The translations under genes and the position numbers were made by a program. From Oscillospiraceae bacterium (lineage in GTDB: Bacteria; Bacillota; Clostridia; Oscillospirales; Ruminococcaceae), in assembly GCA_009777835.1 (NCBI GenBank), contig WRKZ01000001.1, positions 23,696-87,695 on the forward strand: a DNA stretch of 64,000 nucleotides, in the 5' to 3' direction. Positions 9,006-19,226 of this stretch are shown piece after piece; position 1 is the stretch's first letter; each line of letters begins with the position of its first letter. The notes beneath the pieces are model-generated. The model had not been told where the DNA came from. It made no database searches and was given only the letters and a program-made list of their open reading frames with translations.

Positions 9006-10592
9006 ATGAAAAAAAAGTTTTATATCACAACCCCTATTTACTATCCGTCGGGGGAACCCCATATCGGGCATTGTTACACCACCGTCGCCTGCGACACAAT
9101 CGCACGGTATAAGAAGTGGCAGGGGTACGACGTGTTCTTCTCTACCGGAACCGACGAACACGGCATGAAAATCGAGGAGAGCGCGAAGAAAGCCGGGACT
9201 TCTCCGCAGGAATACGTTGACGAAATCGCCGGACGATTCAAGAAACTGTGGAAGTTTATGAATATCGGCTATGACCGTTTTATTCGTACCACCGATGAAG
9301 CGCATAAGTCTGCCGTGCAGAAAATTTTCACGGCACTGTACGAAAAAGGCTATATCTATAAGGGCGAATATGCGGGTAAGTATTGCGTCCCGGATGAGTC
9401 GTTCTGGACTGCATCACAGCTCAAAGACGGTAAATGCCCGGAATGTGGCAGAGAGGTCATCGATGCAAAAGAAGAAGCGTATTTCATGAAGATGGAACCC
9501 TTCGCCGAAAGAATCGAGAAGTTACTCACCGAGGGTGATTTTCTTCAACCTTCGGCGCGGGTCAATGAAATGCTTAACAATTTCATCAAGCCCGGACTGG
9601 AAGACCTGTGTGTTTCGCGAACCAGTTTCAAATGGGGAATCCCCGTACCGTTTGACCCCGAACACGTGGTCTATGTCTGGATTGACGCACTCTCGAATTA
9701 TATCACGCTCCTGGGCTACGAAAATGATGAGTACAGTGACATGAACTACTGGCAGCCGTCAACTGTCAATTGTCAGTTGTCAACTGTTAATTGTCTTCAT
9801 ATGACGGCGAAGGAAATCGTGCGTTTTCACTCGATTATATGGCCGGCGATTCTGATGGGGTTGGACTTACCGCTCCCGAAACGCCTGTATTCTCATGGGT
9901 GGATTAACTTCGGCGGGAAGAAAATGGGCAAAAGCACCGGAAACATCATCGACCCGTTTATACTCGGCGAACGGTTCGGGGTTGATGCGGTTCGATATCA
10001 GATTCTGCGGGAAATGCCGTTTTCGGGTGATTTTGATTTCTCTAACGAACTCATGCTCAATCGAATCAACACCGATTTAGCCAACGATTTAGGTAATCTG
10101 GTTTCTCGAACCGTCGCAATGGTAATCAAATATTTCGACGGGGCTATTCCTGTTTCATCGCTCAAGTTTGAATCGGGCGAAGACAGTGATTTGATGACTA
10201 AAGCTGCGAATTTACGGAATAAAGTTGATGAGTTAATCGAAACCCCTAAATTGTCGGAGGCGTTGGGTGAAATTTTTGCGGTGATTTCTCGTGCGAACAA
10301 ATATATTGATGAGACTACGCCGTGGGTTCTCGCCAAAGATGAGACGAATAAGCCGCGACTTGCGCAGGTTCTGTATAATCTGCTTGAGACCATTCGGATT
10401 TGTTCGAGTTTGTTGGCGGCGTTCATGCCGACTTCGATGAAACTGGTATGGGAACAAATCGGCGTTTCGGAATCGGAAGGGGATGTGACCTACGAAAAAG
10501 CCGGCGTTTGGAACGATGCGTTCAATTATACCGTTAAGAAAGGTGATATAATCTTCCCGCGGTTCGACATTGCAAAAGAGTTGGAGGGGTGA
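9006..10592 (+). CDS. metG: Methionyl-tRNA synthetase, short form without the C-terminal tRNA-binding domain
   Basis: ITTPIYYPSGEPHIGH, GTDEHG, LCVSR, WGIPVP, YVWIDAL, KMGKS (KMSKS variant); ends right after IFPRFD. Confidence 0.95.
   Translation: MKKKFYITTPIYYPSGEPHIGHCYTTVACDTIARYKKWQGYDVFFSTGTDEHGMKIEESAKKAGTSPQEYVDEIAGRFKKLWKFMNIGYDRFIRTTDEAHKSAVQKIFTALYEKGYIYKGEYAGKYCVPDESFWTASQLKDGKCPECGREVIDAKEEAYFMKMEPFAERIEKLLTEGDFLQPSARVNEMLNNFIKPGLEDLCVSRTSFKWGIPVPFDPEHVVYVWIDALSNYITLLGYENDEYSDMNYWQPSTVNCQLSTVNCLHMTAKEIVRFHSIIWPAILMGLDLPLPKRLYSHGWINFGGKKMGKSTGNIIDPFILGERFGVDAVRYQILREMPFSGDFDFSNELMLNRINTDLANDLGNLVSRTVAMVIKYFDGAIPVSSLKFESGEDSDLMTKAANLRNKVDELIETPKLSEALGEIFAVISRANKYIDETTPWVLAKDETNKPRLAQVLYNLLETIRICSSLLAAFMPTSMKLVWEQIGVSESEGDVTYEKAGVWNDAFNYTVKKGDIIFPRFDIAKELEG
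9759..9795 (+). repeat. Five tandem heptamers inside metG
   Basis: tcaactg tcaattg tcagttg tcaactg ttaattg tc, encoding STVNCQLSTVNC. Confidence 0.85.
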
Positions 10593-10603
10593 CTTCGACA
10601 CCC

Positions 10604-10632
10604 TTGACAAACATGAAAATCTATGCTATGCT
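10604..10632 (+). promoter_or_regulatory. Sigma-A promoter, probably giving a leaderless mRNA
   Basis: TTGACA-N17-TATGCT, with the ATG 6 nt downstream and no SD. Confidence 0.65.
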
Positions 10633-10638
10633 CTTCAC

Positions 10639-11817
10639 ATGAAAGTTATTATCAGCTATATAATGCTTCTTTCGGTTATAACCTTGTTCACGCTGTTTCT
10701 CGATGCGGTAAGCGGCTTATTTGTGTTGATTATTTTCATTTCTGCGATTGTTATTTCAACCGCTCTGCATATTTATGCCGTTAAGGCTTTCGATTGCGAC
10801 ATCTCGGTCAATGCGAATTTACTGGAAAAAGGCGATAAAATCGAAATGCAGGTACGCACCCCGAAAGCGGCGTTTTTTTTGCCGAGCGTTTTCGAGATAA
10901 AGTTTAAACTCTCCTACCATCTGAACTGCCGTGAAGAAATCTACGCAATCACATTGGGCAGACAGGAAAAAGCGGGGGTTTTTCTTGTTGATGCGAACTT
11001 TTGGGGAAAAGCAAATATAGAAATCGCTCAAATTAAGGCAAATGATATTCTGGGGATTTTTGCAGCTTTGCCGAATTTTGCCAAACTTAAGTCAACCGGA
11101 AGAATCTGTAAAAAAAACGTTTTCACTGTGAAGATTTTTCCCGGTATTTCGGAACTTTCTCACAAAGCCGAGTTAATTCGGACGCTGGAGGATGCCAGTA
11201 TTCACGACGATAACGACCAAAGCAGGGAAATCCCTTTCGCTTTTACGGGATTCCCGGGGTACGAACATCGGGATTATGTACCCGGCGACCCGCTCAAGAG
11301 TATTAACTGGAAACTTTCGGCGAAACGTGATAAATTATTCGTCCGTAAACCGGAAGCGTATGCGGGCGGTGACATGGCACTCTTTCTCGATAGTAGGTGC
11401 GCCCCGCAAAGCGAGGAGTTCATTCGGGGGCGAATCGCCGAACAGTCCGCGCTTGAATCTATGTTGGCACTGGCACAAACCCTTTCAAAACAAGAAATCT
11501 TGTGCAGGGTTTACGTTCTGTTCGATGGGGAATGGGGGGTCACTTCGGTTCAAGGGGCAGATGATATAGAAAATCTGCGATTCGCGCTTACCGAATATTC
11601 TTACCGCGAAGACGGCGAAAGGCTTCCTTCTGTTTCGGAGGAAAACGCAAGCGGATTCGTTATATTCACGGCGAACCCCGATGAGGATTTGTATTCGCAA
11701 ACCGAAGCACTTCGGCATAAAGGCAATAATCCGGAAATCGTATCGCCGATTCAAGGTATTTGCAGTGACTGGCTAATTCAAGAGAACGACAGCGAAATCA
11801 GTTTTGTCAGGAGTTAG
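10639..11817 (+). CDS. DUF58 domain-containing membrane-anchored protein
   Basis: HRDYVPGDPLKSINWKLSAKRDKLFVR motif; N-terminal TM pair; upstream of a transglutaminase-like gene. Confidence 0.85.
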   Translation: MKVIISYIMLLSVITLFTLFLDAVSGLFVLIIFISAIVISTALHIYAVKAFDCDISVNANLLEKGDKIEMQVRTPKAAFFLPSVFEIKFKLSYHLNCREEIYAITLGRQEKAGVFLVDANFWGKANIEIAQIKANDILGIFAALPNFAKLKSTGRICKKNVFTVKIFPGISELSHKAELIRTLEDASIHDDNDQSREIPFAFTGFPGYEHRDYVPGDPLKSINWKLSAKRDKLFVRKPEAYAGGDMALFLDSRCAPQSEEFIRGRIAEQSALESMLALAQTLSKQEILCRVYVLFDGEWGVTSVQGADDIENLRFALTEYSYREDGERLPSVSEENASGFVIFTANPDEDLYSQTEALRHKGNNPEIVSPIQGICSDWLIQENDSEISFVRS

Positions 11818-11822
11818 AGTTT

Positions 11823-13874
11823 ATGAAGGCTATAATCAAATCTGTTTTGTTCCCGTGTTTACTTAGTTTTGTGACTTCCGTATCGGTTTTCTACGTCTAT
11901 GAAAGCGGCGGATTCTTCAGCCACTTTTTTCCTATAATGGCGATTCTTGCAGGGAACGCATTTTTGTTCTGCGCTTATGAGAAGTTACGGCTCAAAAACA
12001 AGACCTGGTTTTCGACCATCGTTGTCATTATTGGGCTGATTTTCGTGTTGTTTATAGCGATTCAGTTGATTTTCGCTCAAGGGGACGGATTATATCGGCA
12101 TTTTACCGAATGGTTTTTCAAGACCGGGGATACCGTCTTGTATTTCCCGTGGTTTACGGCGGCATTGATGGTTATGTACGTTCCTTTTATTTCGTCAACG
12201 ATTTTCTACTTCACGAATGTGCGGTATAATGCTTTTTTCGTAATGCTGACCTGTATGACGACCTTCGCGCTTTATGCTAAGACTTTTACGGCGATTCCTT
12301 TCATTTTCCCATCTTTGATTATAGCGTTGTTCCTGTTTGTCTCAATCGAGAAGCGTTGGTATAACCCGGCAGCGAATCGGGCGTTGAATTACGGCAAGTT
12401 TGTCGCAACCGGGGCGTGTTTCGTGGCGTTGTCGGCGTACATAGCGGGACTGTTTCCGCCTGCCGAGACCACCCCTTACCGACAGAAATTCGACGACTTG
12501 ATTACCGGGGGAATGACCGGACTGCTCGACCTGGCGGGATTCTCAATCGACGGAAACGTTTCCGGCACTTCCACCCCGTTAACGGTTGATGATGAGCGGA
12601 TTTTGTTTCAGGTTTATAACGAAACCTCGGACGAAATCGGATATTTGCGGCGGCAGGTGTTTGATTACTGGACGGGGGAGGAATGGGAACACAATGATTC
12701 CGGCGGGATGACCTGGGTAGCCCGGTACGTTGAAAATTTGAGTGAACCCTTTGTGTTAGGGTCGTCGCAGGAATTCGTGATGATTCAGGAATTCGTGATG
12801 ATTCGTATACTGACCTACAGCGATATCGGCTATTTGCCGGTTCCGCCGAATTCTGCGGGAATTTACTTTCCGGATGAGCAAATCCCGAAATCGATTCGCG
12901 GGGAGTACTACGTCCAGGGGCGGCGGCGTTCGCATTTTAACAAGGTCTACACCCTCGAATACACTAAATCGCCCTCCGAGGCGAGTGAACCCCTCTTTTA
13001 CGATTATGAGCGTGAGTGGTACATGGATTCCACTCTGGGACTGTACGCACCGGTTGACTATATGGAGGAAATCCGTGAGCTTGCACTTGAAATCACTGCA
13101 GATTACGACAGTGTCTACGATAAAGCCGCTGCGATTGAACAGTATTTCTATAACGGAGAGTTCAAGTACGACGCGGGTTTTATTCCCGAAACCAAAGCGG
13201 TGGAGTATTTCTTGTTCGAGTCTAAAACCGGGACTTGTTCCGATTTCGCAACCGCTATGACGATTCTTGCACGGGCGGCGGGAATCCCTGCACGATATGT
13301 CGAGGGGTACGTTTTAGATGAATCGGCTAAAACAGATGAAAATGTCTACATCGTTCAGGTCAAACATTCCCACGCATTCCCCGAAATATATATCGAGGGC
13401 GAAAACGGCGGCGAATGGGTGATTTTCGAGCCGACCATTCCCGGAGAATCCCGCGAAAGAAGCGGGTTCGGTTATGTAGGTGTGCTTACCGTGCTGATTT
13501 CTCTCGGCGGGGCAGGAGTAGGAAGCCTGCTTTTCGTTATTTTCGTATTGCCGAAAATAAAGGAACGCAGATTCCGTCAAAGGCTTCAAGATGCTTCTGC
13601 GGATGAGCAGGTTTGCCGGGTTTATAATCGGATTTATTCGCTGTTCATGAAGGAAATGGGCATTAATGAACGTACGTTGTCTTCGGGGGATTTAGACCGA
13701 TTCGCAAATGCGAGATACCGAACCGAGCTTTCGATGCTTACCGCAAACTACGATAGAGTGGTATACGGTGGAATTCCCGCTGTTGAAGGGGATTTTCCGG
13801 GGCTTTATGTAAGGTTTTTTGAGGCTGTTGAAGCTGTCCGAAAAGAATCGAAAAAGCGGGCAAAAAAGAATTAA
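11823..13874 (+). CDS. Membrane transglutaminase-like protein (TgpA-like)
   Basis: Multiple TM segments followed by GTCSDFA (Cys), GIPARYVEGY and HSHAFPEIY (His/Glu). Confidence 0.88.
   Translation: MKAIIKSVLFPCLLSFVTSVSVFYVYESGGFFSHFFPIMAILAGNAFLFCAYEKLRLKNKTWFSTIVVIIGLIFVLFIAIQLIFAQGDGLYRHFTEWFFKTGDTVLYFPWFTAALMVMYVPFISSTIFYFTNVRYNAFFVMLTCMTTFALYAKTFTAIPFIFPSLIIALFLFVSIEKRWYNPAANRALNYGKFVATGACFVALSAYIAGLFPPAETTPYRQKFDDLITGGMTGLLDLAGFSIDGNVSGTSTPLTVDDERILFQVYNETSDEIGYLRRQVFDYWTGEEWEHNDSGGMTWVARYVENLSEPFVLGSSQEFVMIQEFVMIRILTYSDIGYLPVPPNSAGIYFPDEQIPKSIRGEYYVQGRRRSHFNKVYTLEYTKSPSEASEPLFYDYEREWYMDSTLGLYAPVDYMEEIRELALEITADYDSVYDKAAAIEQYFYNGEFKYDAGFIPETKAVEYFLFESKTGTCSDFATAMTILARAAGIPARYVEGYVLDESAKTDENVYIVQVKHSHAFPEIYIEGENGGEWVIFEPTIPGESRERSGFGYVGVLTVLISLGGAGVGSLLFVIFVLPKIKERRFRQRLQDASADEQVCRVYNRIYSLFMKEMGINERTLSSGDLDRFANARYRTELSMLTANYDRVVYGGIPAVEGDFPGLYVRFFEAVEAVRKESKKRAKKN
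12768..12803 (+). repeat. Perfect 18-bp in-frame tandem duplication
   Basis: caggaattcgtgatgatt x2 = QEFVMI QEFVMI. Confidence 0.9.
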
Positions 13875-13914
13875 GAAAAATTTTGAAAAAACACTGGATT
13901 TTTCCTTTCGTTTC

Positions 13915-13923
13915 TGTTATAAT
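13915..13923 (+). promoter_or_regulatory. Extended -10 promoter for ppdK
   Basis: TGtTATAAT about 43 nt before the ATG; SD aggagg. Confidence 0.55.
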
Positions 13924-13966
13924 GTAAGATGAAATAAATAAATTACTATCAGGAGGACAACCCATA

Positions 13967-16606
13967 ATGGCAAAACAATTCGTGTATCTGTTCAAAGACG
14001 GAGATGGTTCGCAGAGGAACCTTCTCGGCGGAAAAGGCGCAAACCTCGCCGAAATGACCAAACTCGGGCTGCCGATTCCGCAAGGATTCACCGTTTCTAC
14101 CGAAGCCTGCACCCAGTATTATGATGACGGCGAAGTGATTAACGATTCAATCCAGACCGAAATCATGCAGAACATCGACAAGTTGGAGGCTATTGCCGGA
14201 AAGAAATTCGGCGATAAAGAAAATCCGTTACTTGTATCGGTGCGTTCGGGGGCGCGTGCTTCCATGCCGGGAATGATGGACACTATCCTCAACTTAGGTC
14301 TCAACGACGAAGTTGTAAAGGTAATCGCCGACAAGTCCGGTAATGCACGTTGGGCATACGACTGCTACAGACGTTTTATCCAGATGTATTCCGACGTTGT
14401 TATGGAAGTCGGCAAGCAGTACTTTGAAGAATTAATCGAGAAACTTAAACACGCTAAAGGCAACGCCGAAATGCTCGATACGGAACTTACAGCAGAAGAC
14501 TTGAAAGAACTCTGCGTGCAGTTCAAGGCAGAATACAAGGCGAAACTCGGCGAAGATTTCCCGACCGACCCGAAAGAACAGCTCATGGGCGCGATTAAAG
14601 CCGTTTTCCGTTCATGGAACAACGACAGGGCGAAATACTACCGCAGAATGCACGACATTCCCGGCTCGTGGGGGACTGCCGTTAACGTGCAGGAAATGGT
14701 ATTCGGAAACCTGGGCGATACTTCGGGAACAGGTGTTGCGTTCACTCGTGACCCTTCGACCGGCGAAAAGAAACTGTACGGTGAATACCTCATCAACGCA
14801 CAAGGTGAAGACGTGGTAGCGGGAATTCGTACCCCGAACCTCATCACCCAGCTTGAACAAGACCTTCCGGAAGCGTACAATGAATTCGTGAAAATCTGTG
14901 ACAAACTCGAAAATCATTACAAAGATATGCAGGACATGGAATTCACCATCGAAGACAAGAAACTGTATATGCTGCAAACTCGTTCGGGTAAGAGAACGGC
15001 TGCTGCTGCCCTGAAAATCGCTTGCGACCTCATCGACGAAGGTTTGAGAACCGAAGAAGAAGCGGTTTGCATGATTGACCCGAAACAGCTCGACGCACTC
15101 CTTCACCCGCAGTTCGATACAGCGGCGTTGAAAGCGGCGGCGGTAATCGGAAAGGGAATCGAAGCTTCTCCCGGTGCGGCTTGCGGAAAAATCGCACTTT
15201 CGGCTGAAAAAGCGGCTGAATGGGGAAAAACAGGCGAAAATGTAATCCTGGTAAGACCTGAAACTTCTCCCGAAGATATTGAAGGTATGGACTTCTCGAA
15301 GGGAATCCTCACCGCAATCGGCGGTAAGACTTCTCATGCGGCAGTGGTCGCTCGCGGAATGGGTAAATGCTGTATCGTAGGAAGCAAAGACCTCAAAATC
15401 GATGAAGAAGCGGCAACCTGCAAAATCGGCGGGCAATCATTCAAAGAAGGCGATGTGATTTCACTTGACGGTTCGACCGGTAATATCTACGGTACTGCTA
15501 TCAAGACGGTTGAAGCTACTATCGGTGGCGATTTCGACCGGATTATGAAACTCGCTGACAAATACAGAAAACTCGGCGTTCGTACTAACGCGGATTCTCC
15601 TAAAGATGCGGCGGTAGCTGTTAAATTCGGCGCGGAAGGAATTGGACTGTGCCGTACCGAGCATATGTTCTTTGAAGCGGACAGAATCGCTGCCATCCGT
15701 GAGATGATTTGTGCTGAAACCGTTGAACAGCGCGAAGCGGCTTTGGCAAAGCTCGAACCTATGCAGCAGGGTGACTTTGAAGGTATATTCGAAGCAATGG
15801 GTAAATACCCCGTAACCATTCGTTTCCTTGACCCGCCGTTGCATGAGTTCCTTGAAGGAATCGATACCGCGGCACTCGCGAAAACCGTCGGTAAAACGAA
15901 CGAACAAATCAAAGAAATCGTTACGTCTCTGCATGAGTTCAACCCGATGATGGGTCACAGAGGATGCCGTCTGGCGGTCACTTACCCGGAAATCGCGGCA
16001 ATGCAGACCCGTGCGGTAATTAAAGCGGCAATCGCCGTTAACAAAAAGGGATTAAACGTTGTTCCGGAAATCATGATTCCGCTTATCAGCGAAGCGAAGG
16101 AATTGGCGTTCGTTAAAGCGGTAGTAGTTGAAACAGCTAACAAACTGATTGCAGAAGCAGGCGTTCAATTGAAATACCTGGTGGGCACCATGATTGAAAT
16201 TCCGAGAGCTGCCCTCACCGCTGACGAAGTTGCGGAAGAAGCTGAATTCTTCTCGTTCGGAACGAATGACCTTACTCAGATGACGTTCGGTTTCTCTCGT
16301 GACGATGCAGGTAAGTTCCTCGATGCTTACTACAGTACCGGAATTTACGAGTTTGACCCGTTCGCGAAAATTGATACCAAAGGCGTTGGTAAACTGGTCG
16401 AAACTGCAGTGAAACTTGGTCGCGGTACTAATCCGAAACTGAAACTGGGAATCTGTGGCGAACATGGCGGCGACCCTTCTTCGGTGGCGTTCTGTCATAC
16501 CGTAGGACTCGATTACGTTTCCTGCTCGCCTTTCCGTGTACCGATTGCGAGATTAGCGGCGGCTCAAGCGGCTATTGAAGATGGTAACGTGAGTAATAAA
16601 GGCTAA
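13967..16606 (+). CDS. ppdK: Pyruvate, phosphate dikinase
   Basis: LLGGKGANL, SVRSGARASMPGMMDT, GGKTSHAAVVARG phospho-His loop, GLCRTEHMF, FSFGTNDLTQ. Confidence 0.98.
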   Translation: MAKQFVYLFKDGDGSQRNLLGGKGANLAEMTKLGLPIPQGFTVSTEACTQYYDDGEVINDSIQTEIMQNIDKLEAIAGKKFGDKENPLLVSVRSGARASMPGMMDTILNLGLNDEVVKVIADKSGNARWAYDCYRRFIQMYSDVVMEVGKQYFEELIEKLKHAKGNAEMLDTELTAEDLKELCVQFKAEYKAKLGEDFPTDPKEQLMGAIKAVFRSWNNDRAKYYRRMHDIPGSWGTAVNVQEMVFGNLGDTSGTGVAFTRDPSTGEKKLYGEYLINAQGEDVVAGIRTPNLITQLEQDLPEAYNEFVKICDKLENHYKDMQDMEFTIEDKKLYMLQTRSGKRTAAAALKIACDLIDEGLRTEEEAVCMIDPKQLDALLHPQFDTAALKAAAVIGKGIEASPGAACGKIALSAEKAAEWGKTGENVILVRPETSPEDIEGMDFSKGILTAIGGKTSHAAVVARGMGKCCIVGSKDLKIDEEAATCKIGGQSFKEGDVISLDGSTGNIYGTAIKTVEATIGGDFDRIMKLADKYRKLGVRTNADSPKDAAVAVKFGAEGIGLCRTEHMFFEADRIAAIREMICAETVEQREAALAKLEPMQQGDFEGIFEAMGKYPVTIRFLDPPLHEFLEGIDTAALAKTVGKTNEQIKEIVTSLHEFNPMMGHRGCRLAVTYPEIAAMQTRAVIKAAIAVNKKGLNVVPEIMIPLISEAKELAFVKAVVVETANKLIAEAGVQLKYLVGTMIEIPRAALTADEVAEEAEFFSFGTNDLTQMTFGFSRDDAGKFLDAYYSTGIYEFDPFAKIDTKGVGKLVETAVKLGRGTNPKLKLGICGEHGGDPSSVAFCHTVGLDYVSCSPFRVPIARLAAAQAAIEDGNVSNKG

Positions 16607-16640
16607 AAAAGCATAGTGATGTCGATGGGTTTAAAATAAT

Positions 16641-16684
16641 TGCAAAAAAATTCCTCCCGAGTTTTCGGGGGGAATTTTTCGCAA
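16641..16684 (+). terminator. Intrinsic terminator after ppdK
   Basis: aaaaattcctcccga-gttt-tcggggggaattttt. Confidence 0.8.
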
Positions 16685-16847
16685 TATTGCTGAATTTTCA
16701 CAATCGCCGTAAGCGAATAACCCGACAGAGTCCGGCATATATTAAGCGGTATGCAGAAGCGCGAAACGAAGCATGAAATCAAGTTCGCAAAAAAAATTTA
16801 TTTTTTTTGAAACATTTCTGTCGTTTCAAACGTTTTATTGTTAGAGG

Positions 16848-16876
16848 TTGACTTATTTTGTCGGACATGATATAAT
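16848..16876 (+). promoter_or_regulatory. Sigma-A promoter for the LTA synthase-family gene
   Basis: TTGACT-N17-TATAAT with extended -10 TG. Confidence 0.75.
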
Positions 16877-16948
16877 ATAGCAGTTGCGCTTGACTGCGAA
16901 ATGCGAAACGGGGTGTAAATGGTGACAAATCAAGAAAGGGCGTGCTTA

Positions 16949-19171
16949 ATGAAAAAGGCGGAAATGCCGAAAATTGTTAAAGAAGAAGCGGAAGAGGTCA
17001 TAAACACGGAAAATCACGGATATATGAAAGAGTTTTTTGGGCGGATACGTGCGGGTTTTTCTGCGTTTTTCGGGTTGGGGAAATTAGGGAACGTTCTGTA
17101 CCTTGTGTTCTTCCCTGTTTTTGTCATTTATTTGGAGATTTTAACGCGTTCATTCGTTGAAAGAAGCGTCGGCGTGACTTTCGTCAATTACATATATATC
17201 CTGTTGTTTTCTATATCGGCGGGACTGATGCTGTATGTGGGGAGTTCCCTGTTCAAGCGAGAGCGGCTCAACAAAATCATCGCTAACACGCTGATTTCGC
17301 TTATTACACTGGTTTATCTTATTGAAATCGTTGCGCGTAACTCGTTTAACTCGTTTTTCGGGTTGGATTTTCTTGCGGCAAACGGCGGAAATATGCTCCG
17401 CGATTATCACGAAATCACCTTCAAAGTTATAGTTCAAAGCTTCGGAATCATCCTGCTTTTTGTTGTGCCGTTGGTTCTTTTTAATCTGCCTTTTATTTCA
17501 AAAAGGCTTACCAAAAAAGCCGCCCCCGCTTCAATCAAAGCCTCTGCGCTCCTGTTGATGGTGATTCTTCATGTTGTGACGGTCGGAATTATCGAAAGCT
17601 CAACCCAAAGCAACGGGATACCATCCGATAAGGGGATTTATTCCTCCCAATATGAGGTGAATAAGAGCGTTTCGCGTTTTGGAATGTTCACGACCTTGCG
17701 TTTGGAAGTCAAGCATCTTTTATTCGGGAAAGCCGCTTATAAAGGTGGCGCGGATGACGGCGGGGGAGATGTTCCCATTTTCACGAATCCGCCAACAAGT
17801 GAAGCTACTACTGCGACAGCTTCTTCGGGCAATAAACCGGTTTCATCGACTGAGTCGGCTGTAACCACCCCGGCTGTTCATGTTCCGACCCCGCAAATCG
17901 GCGAAGGGTACGACCTTCTCGCACTTAGTCAGAGCGAGGGGAACAAAACCCTCAAAGACATGAATGAGTACTTCGCGGGAATCGAACCCACCATGACCAA
18001 CGATTATACAGGGATTTTTGCAGGCAAGAATATTATATTCTTGACGTTGGAGGCGTATACGCCGTTTCTTGTCTCGGAAGAGCTTACGCCGACTCTCTAT
18101 ATGATGATGAACAGCGGGTTCGTGTTCGAGAATTTCTATCAGCCTGCGTGGGGCGGTTCGACCTCATCGGGAGAGTTCTCTGCATTGATGGGATTATTCC
18201 CCGATAGCGGGCAGGCTATGCAGAACACAATCGGCAAGGATTTGAGTTTCACCATCGGGAACAGGCTTTTGTCGAAAGGCTATACCTCATATGCGTTCCA
18301 CGGAAACAATCACGAATATTATAAACGTCATTTGACTCACAAGGCACTCGGTTACAGTGAGTTTATCGCACCGGGGAGCGGACTCAATAATTTAGCACCG
18401 GGTTGGCCGGGGAGTGACAAGGATTTACTGGAAAAAACCCTCGACTATTATATCGACAAGCAACCCTTCAGCGTGTATTATATGACCCTCAGCGGGCATA
18501 GTGTTTACACCCGAAATGGTAATGCTATGGCTTCGCGCAACTGGGAGAAGGTTCAGCACCTGCCGTATTCCGAGGCGGTGAAGGCATATATTGCTTGTAA
18601 TCTGGAGTTGGAATATGCCATGGAATACCTCATTCAAAGGCTTGAAGAGGAAGGGATTCTTGAAGATACCGTAATAGTCGCCACGAACGACCACTACCCT
18701 TACGGGCTTGAACCGCCAATCGCCGACAGGGATTATATTCCCGAACTGATTAAAGGGGATTCCTCTGCGACGTTGAGCGCGGACGAACGTGCGTTCGAGT
18801 TGTACAGAAGCACTTTCTTCTTGTGGAGTGCGAGCGTGAAAAAGCAGGTGGTGGTGACTAAACCGGGTTACACCTTAGATATTCTGCCGACGGTGCTGAA
18901 TCTGTTCGGTGAGACGTATGATTCGCGCATTTTTACCGGACGCGATTTACTCTCGGATACACCGGGGATTGCGATTTTCCCTAATTACAGTTGGATTTCA
19001 GAGGTGGGGAGTTATAATTCCGCTACGGGGATTTTCACGCCTAATCCCGAGTTTGAAGGTAAGGAACTGGGCGATTACGTAAGCTCGGTATCAAAGGTCG
19101 TGAAAAATCGGATTGCGTACGGTAAAAGCGTTCAACAGAATGATTATTTCCGGTATTTGAACGGTTTATAA
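16949..19171 (+). CDS. LTA synthase family protein (LtaS-like, sulfatase fold)
   Basis: About 5 N-terminal TM; KNIIFLTLEA, GGSTSSGEF catalytic Thr loop, FHGN, TLSGH, NDHYPY, DILPTVLNL. Confidence 0.88.
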   Translation: MKKAEMPKIVKEEAEEVINTENHGYMKEFFGRIRAGFSAFFGLGKLGNVLYLVFFPVFVIYLEILTRSFVERSVGVTFVNYIYILLFSISAGLMLYVGSSLFKRERLNKIIANTLISLITLVYLIEIVARNSFNSFFGLDFLAANGGNMLRDYHEITFKVIVQSFGIILLFVVPLVLFNLPFISKRLTKKAAPASIKASALLLMVILHVVTVGIIESSTQSNGIPSDKGIYSSQYEVNKSVSRFGMFTTLRLEVKHLLFGKAAYKGGADDGGGDVPIFTNPPTSEATTATASSGNKPVSSTESAVTTPAVHVPTPQIGEGYDLLALSQSEGNKTLKDMNEYFAGIEPTMTNDYTGIFAGKNIIFLTLEAYTPFLVSEELTPTLYMMMNSGFVFENFYQPAWGGSTSSGEFSALMGLFPDSGQAMQNTIGKDLSFTIGNRLLSKGYTSYAFHGNNHEYYKRHLTHKALGYSEFIAPGSGLNNLAPGWPGSDKDLLEKTLDYYIDKQPFSVYYMTLSGHSVYTRNGNAMASRNWEKVQHLPYSEAVKAYIACNLELEYAMEYLIQRLEEEGILEDTVIVATNDHYPYGLEPPIADRDYIPELIKGDSSATLSADERAFELYRSTFFLWSASVKKQVVVTKPGYTLDILPTVLNLFGETYDSRIFTGRDLLSDTPGIAIFPNYSWISEVGSYNSATGIFTPNPEFEGKELGDYVSSVSKVVKNRIAYGKSVQQNDYFRYLNGL

Positions 19172-19173
19172 AA

Positions 19174-19213
19174 TAAAAAAAACAAGAGCAGCGTTCAAGC
19201 TGCTCTTGTTTTT
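19174..19213. terminator. Bidirectional terminator between convergent genes
   Basis: aacaagagcagc/gctgctcttgtt stem with A and T tracts on either side. Confidence 0.85.
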
Positions 19214-19226
19214 GCTTTTCAGGAAT

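Noticed and set aside
14119-16498. Long antisense ORFs over ppdK
   Set aside because: Expected shadow of strong codon bias in a highly expressed gene; no RBS or family motifs
16685-16800. Possible small RNA or peptide between ppdK and the LTA synthase gene
   Set aside because: No recognisable RNA family, no clear promoter/terminator pair, only a 19-codon ORF without SD
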